From the IMG/VR virus record IMGVR_UViG_3300031088_000603: a DNA stretch of 64,000 nt; one strand, 5' to 3'. Under the pieces are notes generated by a model, which did no database searches, was not told the origin of the DNA, and saw nothing but the letters and a program-made list of their open reading frames with translations. A program made the position numbers and the translations under genes. The stretch comes from an uncultured virus (IMG/VR IMGVR_UViG_3300031088_000603) (lineage: Duplodnaviria; Heunggongvirae; Uroviricota; Caudoviricetes). Position 1 is the first letter of the stretch; each line of letters opens with the position of its first letter. This document shows, piece by piece, positions 29,952 to 38,653 of this stretch.

Positions 29952-30341
29952 TTGACACACCTATTTCCAAGCCAGATGTTTGACGAAGATAGTACCGAGT
30001 GTTATCGTTCCCGTCATGACATCCCCTTTCGCTCCCCAAAGGCTCATGTAGTCATGCTGACTGTCCGATTTCGAGAGTACGCTCCTGTTCGCGGAGTGAC
30101 CTGGCAGAGCATCTCTTACAACGAGGTAACGATGGTTCGGATTCTTACCGACGATGGTGCTATCGGAACTTGGGTAGGTGATTCGCAGATGTTCTATAAC
30201 GCCACTAAGACGGTGGGCGTTCTTCACACGTTTGAAGTCACCGCCAGTGCCTCTGAGGTGAAGAAGCTCCGCAAGGGTAGGGTTACCCGTGCTTTGAAGG
30301 ATCGACTGAATCGCACTCACAAGGTAGAAAGTAACAGCTAG
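29952..30341 (+). CDS. hypothetical protein, paralogue of 31029 (start uncertain)
   Basis: VRFRE..LRKGRVTR resembles IHFRE..LREGRVSR. Confidence 0.6.
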   Translation: MTHLFPSQMFDEDSTECYRSRHDIPFRSPKAHVVMLTVRFREYAPVRGVTWQSISYNEVTMVRILTDDGAIGTWVGDSQMFYNATKTVGVLHTFEVTASASEVKKLRKGRVTRALKDRLNRTHKVESNS

Positions 30342-30379
30342 GACTTGCGCAACCGCGAGAGGGGTGCTATTGTTCTAGT

Positions 30380-30570
30380 AACAGCCACTGTTAGGTTGAA
30401 CTCCTCGGTCCTTAGGGACTAAGCCGCAGGCACGTTAGACATGCTGGACCACAACGACTACTCATTGGGTAGTTATTACATGCATAGAAGGTTTCGAACC
30501 CTCGCGGCAACGTGAAAATCCATGGAATGCATGTAATTAAGAGCCACTCTTCGGGGTGGCTCTTCGTCTT
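30380..30570 (+). ncRNA. candidate structured RNA (~190 nt)
   Basis: TTGCGC-N17-TATTGT promoter; 11-bp helix ATTACATGCAT/ATGCATGTAAT enclosing a TTCGAA loop and a GCAA tetraloop; cUUCGg terminator. Confidence 0.55.
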
Positions 30571-30592
30571 TAACGGATAACCGCTTTGCTTT

Positions 30593-30946
30593 GTGTACCA
30601 TATGCGGATGCATGCAGAATTCCGTCGCTACCAAGCTCACCAGGGTGTCTACTGGGAGAGCATTAGAGCGGACACTGCTTTCTTCGTACGCTTCGTCTCA
30701 GCCCGTGACAGTATTTCGCCGTGGGTGGCGTACCCCACTGATTTCGAACGTGACTTAGAGGTGGACAGGACAAGCATCAACGAGAGGTTCCCGTTGAGCA
30801 ACCGCGCGTTAGAACGCATGTTGAACGATCATGTTCCTATCTCTGTTCGACGCGAGGCGGAGCGCATTCATCGAAGGCTCAACAAAGATCACCGGTTCTC
30901 TATCAAGGCTCGGAAGGGTCGCATCAAGATAATCGGTGAATTGTAG
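30593..30946 (+). CDS. basic hypothetical protein (start uncertain)
   Basis: ORF only. Confidence 0.55.
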   Translation: MYHMRMHAEFRRYQAHQGVYWESIRADTAFFVRFVSARDSISPWVAYPTDFERDLEVDRTSINERFPLSNRALERMLNDHVPISVRREAERIHRRLNKDHRFSIKARKGRIKIIGEL

Positions 30947-30999
30947 AAACCCTACAACAGATCCGGTATTTCTTTGTAGGTATCCTACAAAGTGTATTT
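30941..30999. repeat. double-palindrome site, copy 2 (inverted relative to 27399-27458)
   Basis: TTGTAG AAACC CTACAA and TTTGTAG GTATC CTACAAA, 33 bp apart. Confidence 0.8.
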
Positions 31000-31028
31000 A
31001 GGCTGAAATCGGGGAGTACCCTTGTTTC

Positions 31029-31634
31029 ATGACAGCGATAAGTCGGTTCCAAGAGCACTGTGGCTCACTTCCTTCGACCAAGTGGCAGACTTTCACTCTG
31101 GGTGATTGCATTATGAGTCGAATGGTCACAAGCGCCGGACCTACGGCATGGAAGAAGCTAGACGAGCTATCTGCGCATCTGCTGCAATCTGACGAAGCGG
31201 GCAATGAATCACCCGCCGCTATCGACTTACCAATGGTGCTCTCCCTTGATGAAGAGTCTGAGCTTCTTCGCGGTTCTGTACCCCGAAACCTCATTCGTCG
31301 AGCAGAGACCAAGATCCGTTCAGGAATGCTCACAGACGGCGGCAGGGCGGTTCCTGTCATACACTTCCGTGAGCAGCGTGAAGAGGGTAAGTTCGCCCGT
31401 GACACCATTACCTTCGAGGGGCGATGCTACATCAGGGTGGTACCTGAGAACGGTACGTGTACACAGTGGAAAGTCGTACCCTCCCAGGAGTCGGCAGTAG
31501 ACCTTGAACTGATCGATGAGTTCAACTGCGTCATCTCCGACTACGATGCTCATGAGCTTCGAGAAGGTAGAGTCTCGCGCGGTGTGTTCAATAGCATCGC
31601 TGAATGCTCTGACACCAAGTCTCTTCGTGTATAG
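31029..31634 (+). CDS. hypothetical protein, paralogue of 29952 (start uncertain)
   Basis: C-terminal similarity to 29952. Confidence 0.6.
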   Translation: MTAISRFQEHCGSLPSTKWQTFTLGDCIMSRMVTSAGPTAWKKLDELSAHLLQSDEAGNESPAAIDLPMVLSLDEESELLRGSVPRNLIRRAETKIRSGMLTDGGRAVPVIHFREQREEGKFARDTITFEGRCYIRVVPENGTCTQWKVVPSQESAVDLELIDEFNCVISDYDAHELREGRVSRGVFNSIAECSDTKSLRV

Positions 31635-31647
31635 CCGTTAACGAAGA

Positions 31648-31679
31648 AGCCCCTCTACCGATAATGTGGTAGAGGGGCT
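31648..31679. terminator. bidirectional terminator
   Basis: AGCCCCTCTACC / GGTAGAGGGGCT inverted repeat. Confidence 0.75.
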
Positions 31680-32142
31680 ACTCTTCAACAAAAGCCTCTG
31701 CTAATGTCGGTGCTACTGTACAATCTAGATAAATTTGACTTATGCGCCTATTTTGCGCCGATTCATGTATTGGTTTACATGTCTCACTTCTCCTTTGGGG
31801 ATAGCCATATATAAGTTGTCAATGATTATTTGCATTCTACGCTGCCCGTTCAGGCTAATGTGCGCTTAGTTACAATGTGAATCACATCGGCTTACTCCTT
31901 CTTGTACCTTTTTATACTCTGCAAATGGGTTTGATATACATTAGATGCGCCGTGTTAGCGCTTTTGTGAATTACGTTGGTATCACATTGGCTTGCTCCTA
32001 TAAAGCGACGAATACTATGTTTGGTTCAATTTTCAAAGATGTGTTACGTCAAATTTTCACTGCGCTGTTGGCGCTGGTAAATCGGGCTACACAGGCTCTC
32101 CTACTTGTTATCTAGCGGCGGTTTCGCCTTTCCTTGCCTACA
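31648..32142 (-). ncRNA. AT-rich transcript carrying four SD + start-stop modules
   Basis: TTGCAC-N17-TAGAGT promoter (32177-32149); AGGAG..GTG TAG, AGGAG..ATG TGA twice, and AAGGAG..ATG TAA at ~100-107 nt spacing. Confidence 0.6.
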
Positions 32143-32243
32143 AGAACTACTCTACACGAAGATGCATTAGTGTGCAAGCTCAAATCGAAAAAAGTTTGAG
32201 AAAGATCAAAGCAGCCCCTCCGGTGTCGAAGGGGCTGCTTTGA

Positions 32244-32603
32244 TTAGTCGCGTGTGAGGTGAGGATGAGCCTCGTAGAAGGCAAGAACCGTCTTCTCAGA
32301 GATGGTGTCGGAGGCACCTTCGAGTAGACCTCGCATGCTTGCCCACACGCGGATGCGGGCGTTGAGGACTGTTGTCCCCGCGTCTACGACGGGCTTCGTG
32401 ACGACTGACTTAGTTGCGCTACCCGCAACTCGATCAGTAACCCGACTGCCCGTTATCCATCGCTGCATGTGACGCTCGAACGTCTTGCGGTTGCGCTTGT
32501 TGAGGTCGATCTCGTAGTCAGTGCCGCCGAAGGAGAAAGTGACAGTCTCGGCTTCACCTGCCCCACCCAGATCGTCAGAGATTCTTACAGTAGTGGTCTT
32601 CAT
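32244..32603 (-). CDS. lsr2: Lsr2 nucleoid-associated protein
   Basis: ISDDLGG..ETVTFSFGGTDYEIDL dimerisation domain and IRVWA..IS..VLAFYEAH DNA-binding domain. Confidence 0.9.
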   Translation of the reverse strand: MKTTTVRISDDLGGAGEAETVTFSFGGTDYEIDLNKRNRKTFERHMQRWITGSRVTDRVAGSATKSVVTKPVVDAGTTVLNARIRVWASMRGLLEGASDTISEKTVLAFYEAHPHLTRD

Positions 32604-32620
32604 TGGTTTCTCTCCCTTTA

Positions 32621-33343
32621 TCAATTAGTGCCCCGCCAGCCCGGAACGAACTCGTCGAGGAACTCACCGTATGCATCGTCCCAACGACGAGTTCCGTTAC
32701 CCTGACTCGCTGTGCGCATCTGCACAAGCCAGCGGAAGTTCATCTTTTCTGCGTTGGATTTAGCGTTCCACGCAGGAAGTCGGTCGTGAGCGTTCACCCA
32801 CTGAACAAAGTCAGCAGCGGCGACATCCCAACTTCTCTTCGTTCCGTAGTACGAATCCTTGGAGTGCCAGTTGGGAATCGATTCGTCGAGCTTCTCGAAG
32901 AGGTCAGCGTATTCCTGAGCAAGAGCAGCACCCCGCCCTCCCTTGGCAATGGTCTGAAGGCGAAGGAGGTGACCATTGAGAACCAGTTCCTCTTCGCCGC
33001 TGGTCTTCTGTTTGCGAGGAAGGGCACCGTGTTGGTTATACCACTCGATGATGGCTGTGACCTTATTCTCACGGTAGGCAGACATGTCATGGTTCTTTGA
33101 CTTCCAGTCCGGCAGCAGGCGATTCATCGTGTTCAGCCTATCTGCGGAGAGCGTTCCTGTTCTATCCGCCATGCGCTGATCACGAAGCCACCGGTAGAGA
33201 CTCTTTCCATGTGTACCGGTTGCGCTTTGCTTCGGGAGATCTCCGTTGTTTTCAATCCAAAGAACCAGAGCGGTGAGCATTTGCTCCCATGTCTCGCCAG
33301 CAGCTTTCACTTTGAGGTTGAGGGGTGTGGTGGGGATAGGCAT
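32621..33343 (-). CDS. helicase-associated (HA) domain repeat protein (about 3 repeats)
   Basis: WEQMLTALVLWIENNGDLPK..LYRWLRDQR..LLPDW repeats. Confidence 0.8.
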   Translation of the reverse strand: MPIPTTPLNLKVKAAGETWEQMLTALVLWIENNGDLPKQSATGTHGKSLYRWLRDQRMADRTGTLSADRLNTMNRLLPDWKSKNHDMSAYRENKVTAIIEWYNQHGALPRKQKTSGEEELVLNGHLLRLQTIAKGGRGAALAQEYADLFEKLDESIPNWHSKDSYYGTKRSWDVAAADFVQWVNAHDRLPAWNAKSNAEKMNFRWLVQMRTASQGNGTRRWDDAYGEFLDEFVPGWRGTN

Positions 33344-33370
33344 GAGTGTGACTTTCTTGGTCTGTAGAGG

Positions 33371-33856
33371 TTACTTCTCGAAGGGTGCGACGACAGCGTT
33401 CACTCGCGCGATAAGGTTTGCGTCGGCAATCTCGTCACGGTTGGTCGTCTGGTACTTCACCCAGCTAGCAAGCGCTCGCTCGGTCTGCTCGGCTGCATTG
33501 ACCTTGGGCGCTCGACCGTGAGTCTCAGTCCACTTGGTGAGCTTGCTGAACGTCCTCTCCCACTGGCGGTCCTGACGCACGACGAAGGCGTTCACATCCG
33601 CAACGGTGGGGTTTTTGTCACTGAGGTACCGCTCGATTCTTGCCGCCTTGCGAGCCGCTACCTCGGCATCCCTAGCCTCTTTGATTGCGATTTTACGAGC
33701 CTCAGCGTCAGCAATGCGCTGCGTCTCGCGTTCAGCGTTCTCTTTACGAAGCTGTGCCCGCTCTTCTGCGGTCTCCATCTTACGTTCTGCTCGCTCGTTC
33801 TGACGCGCGACGATAACCTCGCTGCGGAGGTTGAGCTTTTCAGAGGGGATAGGCAC
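33371..33856 (-). CDS. coiled-coil + single HA domain protein (GTG start, MPIPSEKLNL)
   Basis: WERTFSKLTKWTETHGRAPK..ERALASWVKYQ; N-terminus like that of 32621. Confidence 0.75.
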   Translation of the reverse strand: MPIPSEKLNLRSEVIVARQNERAERKMETAEERAQLRKENAERETQRIADAEARKIAIKEARDAEVAARKAARIERYLSDKNPTVADVNAFVVRQDRQWERTFSKLTKWTETHGRAPKVNAAEQTERALASWVKYQTTNRDEIADANLIARVNAVVAPFEK

Positions 33857-33973
33857 GATGATTCTTTCGCTAGGGTTTGTCGTCTTTCTACATCCTAGCG
33901 TAGATAAACCGAAGTTGCAAACAGCGAAAGACCCCGTGTCTTCAATCGACACGGGGTCTTTCGTCTTACCGAG

Positions 33974-34924
33974 TTAGCGCCACTCGGGGAGGATGCTGGT
34001 GAGAAGTGCCTCACGCTCAGGGGTCCACTTGCCACCCTTGCCGTTCGCGGCGGCACGAGCCTGCGCGAGCCAGATGTACTTTCGGCTCTCGACGGCATCG
34101 TCCGAACCGTAGCGGGGAAGGTGACCGTTCTCCTTCACCCAGTCAGCGACCTCCTGAGCGCGGTCCTCCCACTTGCCACGGGGGATGCGCGTGCCATCAG
34201 CGACGGTCGAAGAACCGCGCCAGCCGGGGGTCTTCTCGTCGAGAAATGCACCGTACTGCTCGTCCCAGCGGTGCGTGCCCGAACCCTTGGATGCCGAACG
34301 CATGTTGATCATCCAGAAGTTGTGGCGCTGCTCATCAGCGTCATCGGTGGGGTAGCGGGGAAGACGACCGTTGGTCTCGACCCAGGCGACGAACTCGGCG
34401 GCAGCCTGCTCCCAGGTGCGGTACTCGCGGCGCTTCTTGCCACGCCACCCGGGCACTCGCTCGTCGAGGATGGCGAGCCGCTCATCGCGGATGCGGATGC
34501 CGTCAGCGGTCGTGGGGTTCATGACCTTCTGGTTGAGTCGCCAGACAGCGAGGTCGTTCTCTTCGCGGTCGGTCTTGCTGCGCTGGGGGAAACGCTCGTG
34601 CTCCGCGACCCAGGTGACGAGGTGCTCCAGGTGGGACTCCCACGTCTGGTAGTGGCGCGACGATGCGGCGCTCTTCGACTTGATTGCGGTGTTCTCGATC
34701 TTGTCGGTGTCGGCGTTCCATCCGGGAACAACCGTGTCGAGGTAGTCGAAGAACTGGTCGGACTTGCTGTCCGTGCTCTGGCGGCTGATCTGGTGAATCC
34801 ACCAGTCGCGGTGCTCCGCGTAGTCGTTCTCCGCACCGGTCGCGGCGTACGGGAGACCGCCGTTGCGCTGAACGAATTCAGCGAAAGAGTCGGCGCTCTT
34901 CTTCCAGGCATCGAATACAGACAT
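33974..34924 (-). CDS. HA domain repeat protein (about 4 repeats)
   Basis: WE..WVxxNGxLPR..W..xR..LDxxxPGW repeats. Confidence 0.8.
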   Translation of the reverse strand: MSVFDAWKKSADSFAEFVQRNGGLPYAATGAENDYAEHRDWWIHQISRQSTDSKSDQFFDYLDTVVPGWNADTDKIENTAIKSKSAASSRHYQTWESHLEHLVTWVAEHERFPQRSKTDREENDLAVWRLNQKVMNPTTADGIRIRDERLAILDERVPGWRGKKRREYRTWEQAAAEFVAWVETNGRLPRYPTDDADEQRHNFWMINMRSASKGSGTHRWDEQYGAFLDEKTPGWRGSSTVADGTRIPRGKWEDRAQEVADWVKENGHLPRYGSDDAVESRKYIWLAQARAAANGKGGKWTPEREALLTSILPEWR

Positions 34925-35024
34925 TTGGGTGATTCCTTTGGCTTAGTGGAGGTAGTGGTAGTTGCTGTGTAATTACATCCTAAACGATAGATTAGGAAAA
35001 CACAAGTCGGCATTACAGGGGACG

Positions 35025-35885
35025 TTATGCTGCGCTTTCGTGCTGCTCATCTGAGTCCTGATGAAGAGCTTTGTTGCGTAGCATGTTGATCTGATTCATG
35101 GTGGGTTCGTGCTTGAAGATGTAGACACCCGAACCATCATCGTTACGCACGGTCTTGACGAAATCAGCAAGGTTGCCTGCATTGTGGTCGTCATCAAACA
35201 AGTTGATTTCTAACGTACCGCGATTCTCACTTCGTTTTGAGACGGAGAAGTGAGCACTGAAGAATCGGTTGGGACTCAACTGCATGGTGACGTAGTTGTC
35301 GCGAATCTGGACAGGATTGTGAAGAGCGAGTGGAAGTTCATCCCCTGTGCTGATGATTGTTGCATCGCTGAGGGTAACGATCTTCTTGTAGTCGAATAGG
35401 TCTTGGAGGAAGGGTCCAAGCTTAGCCTTGATCTTGTCGTCCGCAGTCGCACCCTTTGGGGTCTTGTTCTCCTGAGTAAGCGGTGCAAGAGTGCGGAAGG
35501 TGGCACCGCTGCTCATGTTGGCAGGGTGACGAAGGTAGAGGGACAGGATGTATGACCCTAGGCGGTGATGGTTCTTGGGACTGATGATGGTCTCCCAGTC
35601 GAGGTCCATCGTTGCGAGCTTCTTGAAGATATCGACTCCGGCGCTTTCGATGCGCGACAGGATGTATTCGATACGAACGTCAGCGGTATCGTAGGGAGTG
35701 TAGATGTCATCCTCACCACCGATACGCTTGGCGTTCTTGACCTCCAGCGAGAACTTGTTCGCCTTGCCAGAAACGGTAACGACATTGCACTGGCAACTGC
35801 GCGGGTCTTTGCTTCCGAGCTTCGTCGCGAACTGCGCGAGGTGGAACACCGGCACGTAGTGCTGGTACTGATTCTGATCGGTCAT
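35025..35885 (-). CDS. DUF4238 domain protein
   Basis: N-terminal QHYVPVFHLAQF..IEYILSRIES. Confidence 0.7.
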   Translation of the reverse strand: MTDQNQYQHYVPVFHLAQFATKLGSKDPRSCQCNVVTVSGKANKFSLEVKNAKRIGGEDDIYTPYDTADVRIEYILSRIESAGVDIFKKLATMDLDWETIISPKNHHRLGSYILSLYLRHPANMSSGATFRTLAPLTQENKTPKGATADDKIKAKLGPFLQDLFDYKKIVTLSDATIISTGDELPLALHNPVQIRDNYVTMQLSPNRFFSAHFSVSKRSENRGTLEINLFDDDHNAGNLADFVKTVRNDDGSGVYIFKHEPTMNQINMLRNKALHQDSDEQHESAA

Positions 35886-36129
35886 ACCTAAAGCATATTG
35901 CTGGAAGACTGAATTGTCAATCGGCGCTACTTCTTGGCTGTGCCGTTGTATTCGCTGTTGTACTTCGCAACAGCCTTGCGGACATTACCCGAGACGATGA
36001 TGCTGACAGTCTCATAGACGGTGTAGCAAACCACGCAGATGCTTGCGAAGAAGTAGAAATTGAACACGCGGTTGCTCCTTAGGCAAATCTAGGAGAGATT
36101 ATCACAGACATCTTTGCAGGTTGTGAAAT

Positions 36130-36342
36130 CTAGGCTGGGTCGCTGCCTTGGATGATGCGACGAGGCTCGATAACGAACTCGTAGACCGCTGCCCCGATAG
36201 AACCCACCAGGCAGTAACACGACACGACGAGAGAACCGATCATAAGGGCATCAGTGCTCACCACTCCGAATACCGTGAGCAGAGCGATGGTGATTAGCGC
36301 CAATGGTGCCAATCCAACAAAGATCTTTCCGGTCATGCTCAC
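36130..36342 (-). CDS. small 2-TM membrane protein
   Basis: SD AAGGAGG; hydrophobic sequence. Confidence 0.65.
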   Translation of the reverse strand: MSMTGKIFVGLAPLALITIALLTVFGVVSTDALMIGSLVVSCYCLVGSIGAAVYEFVIEPRRIIQGSDPA

Positions 36343-36403
36343 AATGCCTCCTTAGGCTGGTTTGTGAGCGCTAGTGTCTCACATGTCTAGTGGTGATACC
36401 ACC

Positions 36404-37162
36404 TCAACGCATGTCGAATCCTGCATCTGCGGCGTATACGTGTGCGAGAGTGATCACGTTAGGGTCGTTTTCATCGACGAAGATGGGCGACTTCAGACGG
36501 TTACTCACGATGCATGTGCCAGCCGGATGTACGGTTCGGTGGGAGTCGCAGTAGAGGTAGCTCGCGCCATACTGACTATCGTCCATTCCCTCGGGGTCCA
36601 CGCCAAATGCTCGTGCGTACTGCCTGTGAACCTCACGATCTTCCAGCATCAACTCCATATCGAGAGCGAAGGGAGGCATAGGGCTGAATGCGCGAGGAAG
36701 AACTGTGGAAGAAGCCTTGGCGGGGTCAACCCAGTCGCCCGATTCGATTACCTTGGCGAGATCTTGGTAAAGGTGATCCTTTGCCTCTTCGTTATCGCCA
36801 AAGATGTCATTTGCTTCCTTGTCAGTGGGGTTCGAGGCGAGCATGATTGCGTCAACCCAGGTCGGCTCTTCGACTTCGGTACGATTGCCGCGAGCGTTGC
36901 TGCCTTCTTGATACTCGATGGTCTCGGCGTTCATCATGTCACGGTCGTATTCGCGCCAGAGGTGCTTGAATGTTCGGTCGAAGTAAGTACCAGAAGCAAC
37001 AATCGACTGTGCAGCGTCCTTGCGAAGACTCATCTGCTTCTGCGGAGAGTTACTCGACATCGACGGAAGGATGCGATTCGTCGTGGCATCCTTGTCGGAG
37101 CCTACCCAGACATGAGTCTGCTTACCGTTCTTGTCAGTCGTGGGGATGCGTCGCTTGCTCAT
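36404..37162 (-). CDS. DKNG-leader protein
   Basis: IPTTDKNGKQTHVWV; SD AAGGAG. Confidence 0.75.
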   Translation of the reverse strand: MSKRRIPTTDKNGKQTHVWVGSDKDATTNRILPSMSSNSPQKQMSLRKDAAQSIVASGTYFDRTFKHLWREYDRDMMNAETIEYQEGSNARGNRTEVEEPTWVDAIMLASNPTDKEANDIFGDNEEAKDHLYQDLAKVIESGDWVDPAKASSTVLPRAFSPMPPFALDMELMLEDREVHRQYARAFGVDPEGMDDSQYGASYLYCDSHRTVHPAGTCIVSNRLKSPIFVDENDPNVITLAHVYAADAGFDMR

Positions 37163-37293
37163 TACTGCTCCTTTGTTGTTCTCAGTGTACAGGAGCGAGA
37201 TGACAATGATTCACATGCGCCGACCGCTATTTGACTGTCGCCCAGGATCTTGATAGGATTTACTCAAAATACACGACGAAAGACGACTTCCTT

Positions 37294-38184
37294 ATGCTGA
37301 AAGCCGCCACCGCAAACCTTCGCCGCAAGGCTCGCCATCCTGTCCTGAACGAACTGTTCAAGCTCGGTGCCATTATCACCGGAGCCATCTTGGTCGCCGT
37401 GGGACTCGAACAGTTCCTCGTGCCCAATGGATTCCTTGATGGCGGTGTCGTGGGTGTGTCCATTATCCTCACCAACTTCTTCGACATCCCTCTCGGTGTG
37501 TTCATCGGAGTGGTCAACATCCCGTTCCTCATCATCGCTCTCAAGTACGCGGGGTTCAAGTCAGCCGCCCGTACTGCTGTGGGCATCGTGGTCCTGTCGG
37601 CTTCGACCGTGTTTCTGCACCACTTCGAGCCTCTCACCGAAGAGTTCGTCCTCGCGCTTGGATACGGTGGAGTTCTACTCGGTGTGGGTGTCGGTCTTGC
37701 TCTTCGCTACGGCGGAGCGCTCGATGGTACCGAGATTCTGGCAGTCACCCTTGCCACCCGTACCAAGATGAGCGTTGACCAGATCATCTTGGTCATCAAC
37801 TTCTTCATCTTCGCCATTGCAGCATTCGTCTTTGGTCCGGAGCGGGCGATGGCATCGTTCCTGCTCTTCTACGTCGTTGTAACTCCAATCATCAAGAAGG
37901 TCATTGACGGTGGTAACTCCACCAAGGTCGTTCAGATCATGTCGTCGAAGCACGCCGAAGTGGCAGAGGCTATCCACGAGTCGCTCAACCGAAAGGTTAT
38001 CTTCATCGATGCTCACAAGGACGACATCAATGACTCGTTGAAGGTCGTGAACACCTTCTGCGCTCGCGCTGAGGAAGCCATTCTTGTCGAAGCTGTCGAT
38101 GCCGTTGACCCGGACGCTATCATCGTCATCAGCGATGCCGCGAACATCCACGGAAGCATCTTCACCAAGAACAAGCACCACTAA
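37294..38184 (+). CDS. YitT family (DUF161/DUF2179) membrane protein
   Basis: FLVPNGFLDGGVVGVSII, NIPF, GGALDGTEILA and VDPDAIIVISDA. Confidence 0.9.
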   Translation: MLKAATANLRRKARHPVLNELFKLGAIITGAILVAVGLEQFLVPNGFLDGGVVGVSIILTNFFDIPLGVFIGVVNIPFLIIALKYAGFKSAARTAVGIVVLSASTVFLHHFEPLTEEFVLALGYGGVLLGVGVGLALRYGGALDGTEILAVTLATRTKMSVDQIILVINFFIFAIAAFVFGPERAMASFLLFYVVVTPIIKKVIDGGNSTKVVQIMSSKHAEVAEAIHESLNRKVIFIDAHKDDINDSLKVVNTFCARAEEAILVEAVDAVDPDAIIVISDAANIHGSIFTKNKHH

Positions 38185-38309
38185 CCGCGTGTCGTTTTGA
38201 CACGATTCGACGAGGTGTGATAGGTTATACCTAGTAACAACCTTGGCTGAGACGCTCCCTCTGGAATATCGAGGGAGCGTCTCTTTTTCTCCGCTTCGAA
38301 AGGACACCT

Positions 38310-38579
38310 GTGCTGCACGACTTCATCGGTCAGACCCTTGCTGTCTTCGTGACTATCACCGTTGTGTTCGGGGTGACCAACTTCATCTACATTGGTCGAT
38401 TTGCTGACCCGACGATGGGTGCCGAGGAAGATGCCGAGAGCATCGTAGAACAGTCTATGGATACCGTCTTCGGCAGTATCATCGGGAACACCTTTGAGGT
38501 CTCACTCTGGTTCTCTGCGCTGCTCTTTGTCACCTGGGTTGGCTGGTTCGTTGTTCAGTGGTTCGCGACCATCTCCTAA
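38310..38579 (+). CDS. small 2-TM membrane protein
   Basis: SD AAGGA; hydrophobic ends. Confidence 0.65.
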   Translation: MLHDFIGQTLAVFVTITVVFGVTNFIYIGRFADPTMGAEEDAESIVEQSMDTVFGSIIGNTFEVSLWFSALLFVTWVGWFVVQWFATIS

Positions 38580-38653
38580 TTCGGCAACCGGCTCGACAAC
38601 TTGACGCTTATCTACCGTCGTGATAAGATTTGACTTCTTTATGAAGGAGCGTT

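Noticed and set aside
27399..30999. Transposon bounded by terminal inverted repeats
   Set aside because: No transposase or recombinase inside and no evident target-site duplication; retained only as a paired site.
31648..32142. CRISPR array or type III antitoxin repeat
   Set aside because: The units share only short motifs rather than near-identical repeats, and no cas or toxin gene is recognisable nearby.
32621..34924. Helicase genes
   Set aside because: Only HA repeats are present; no Walker A/B or SF2 motifs.
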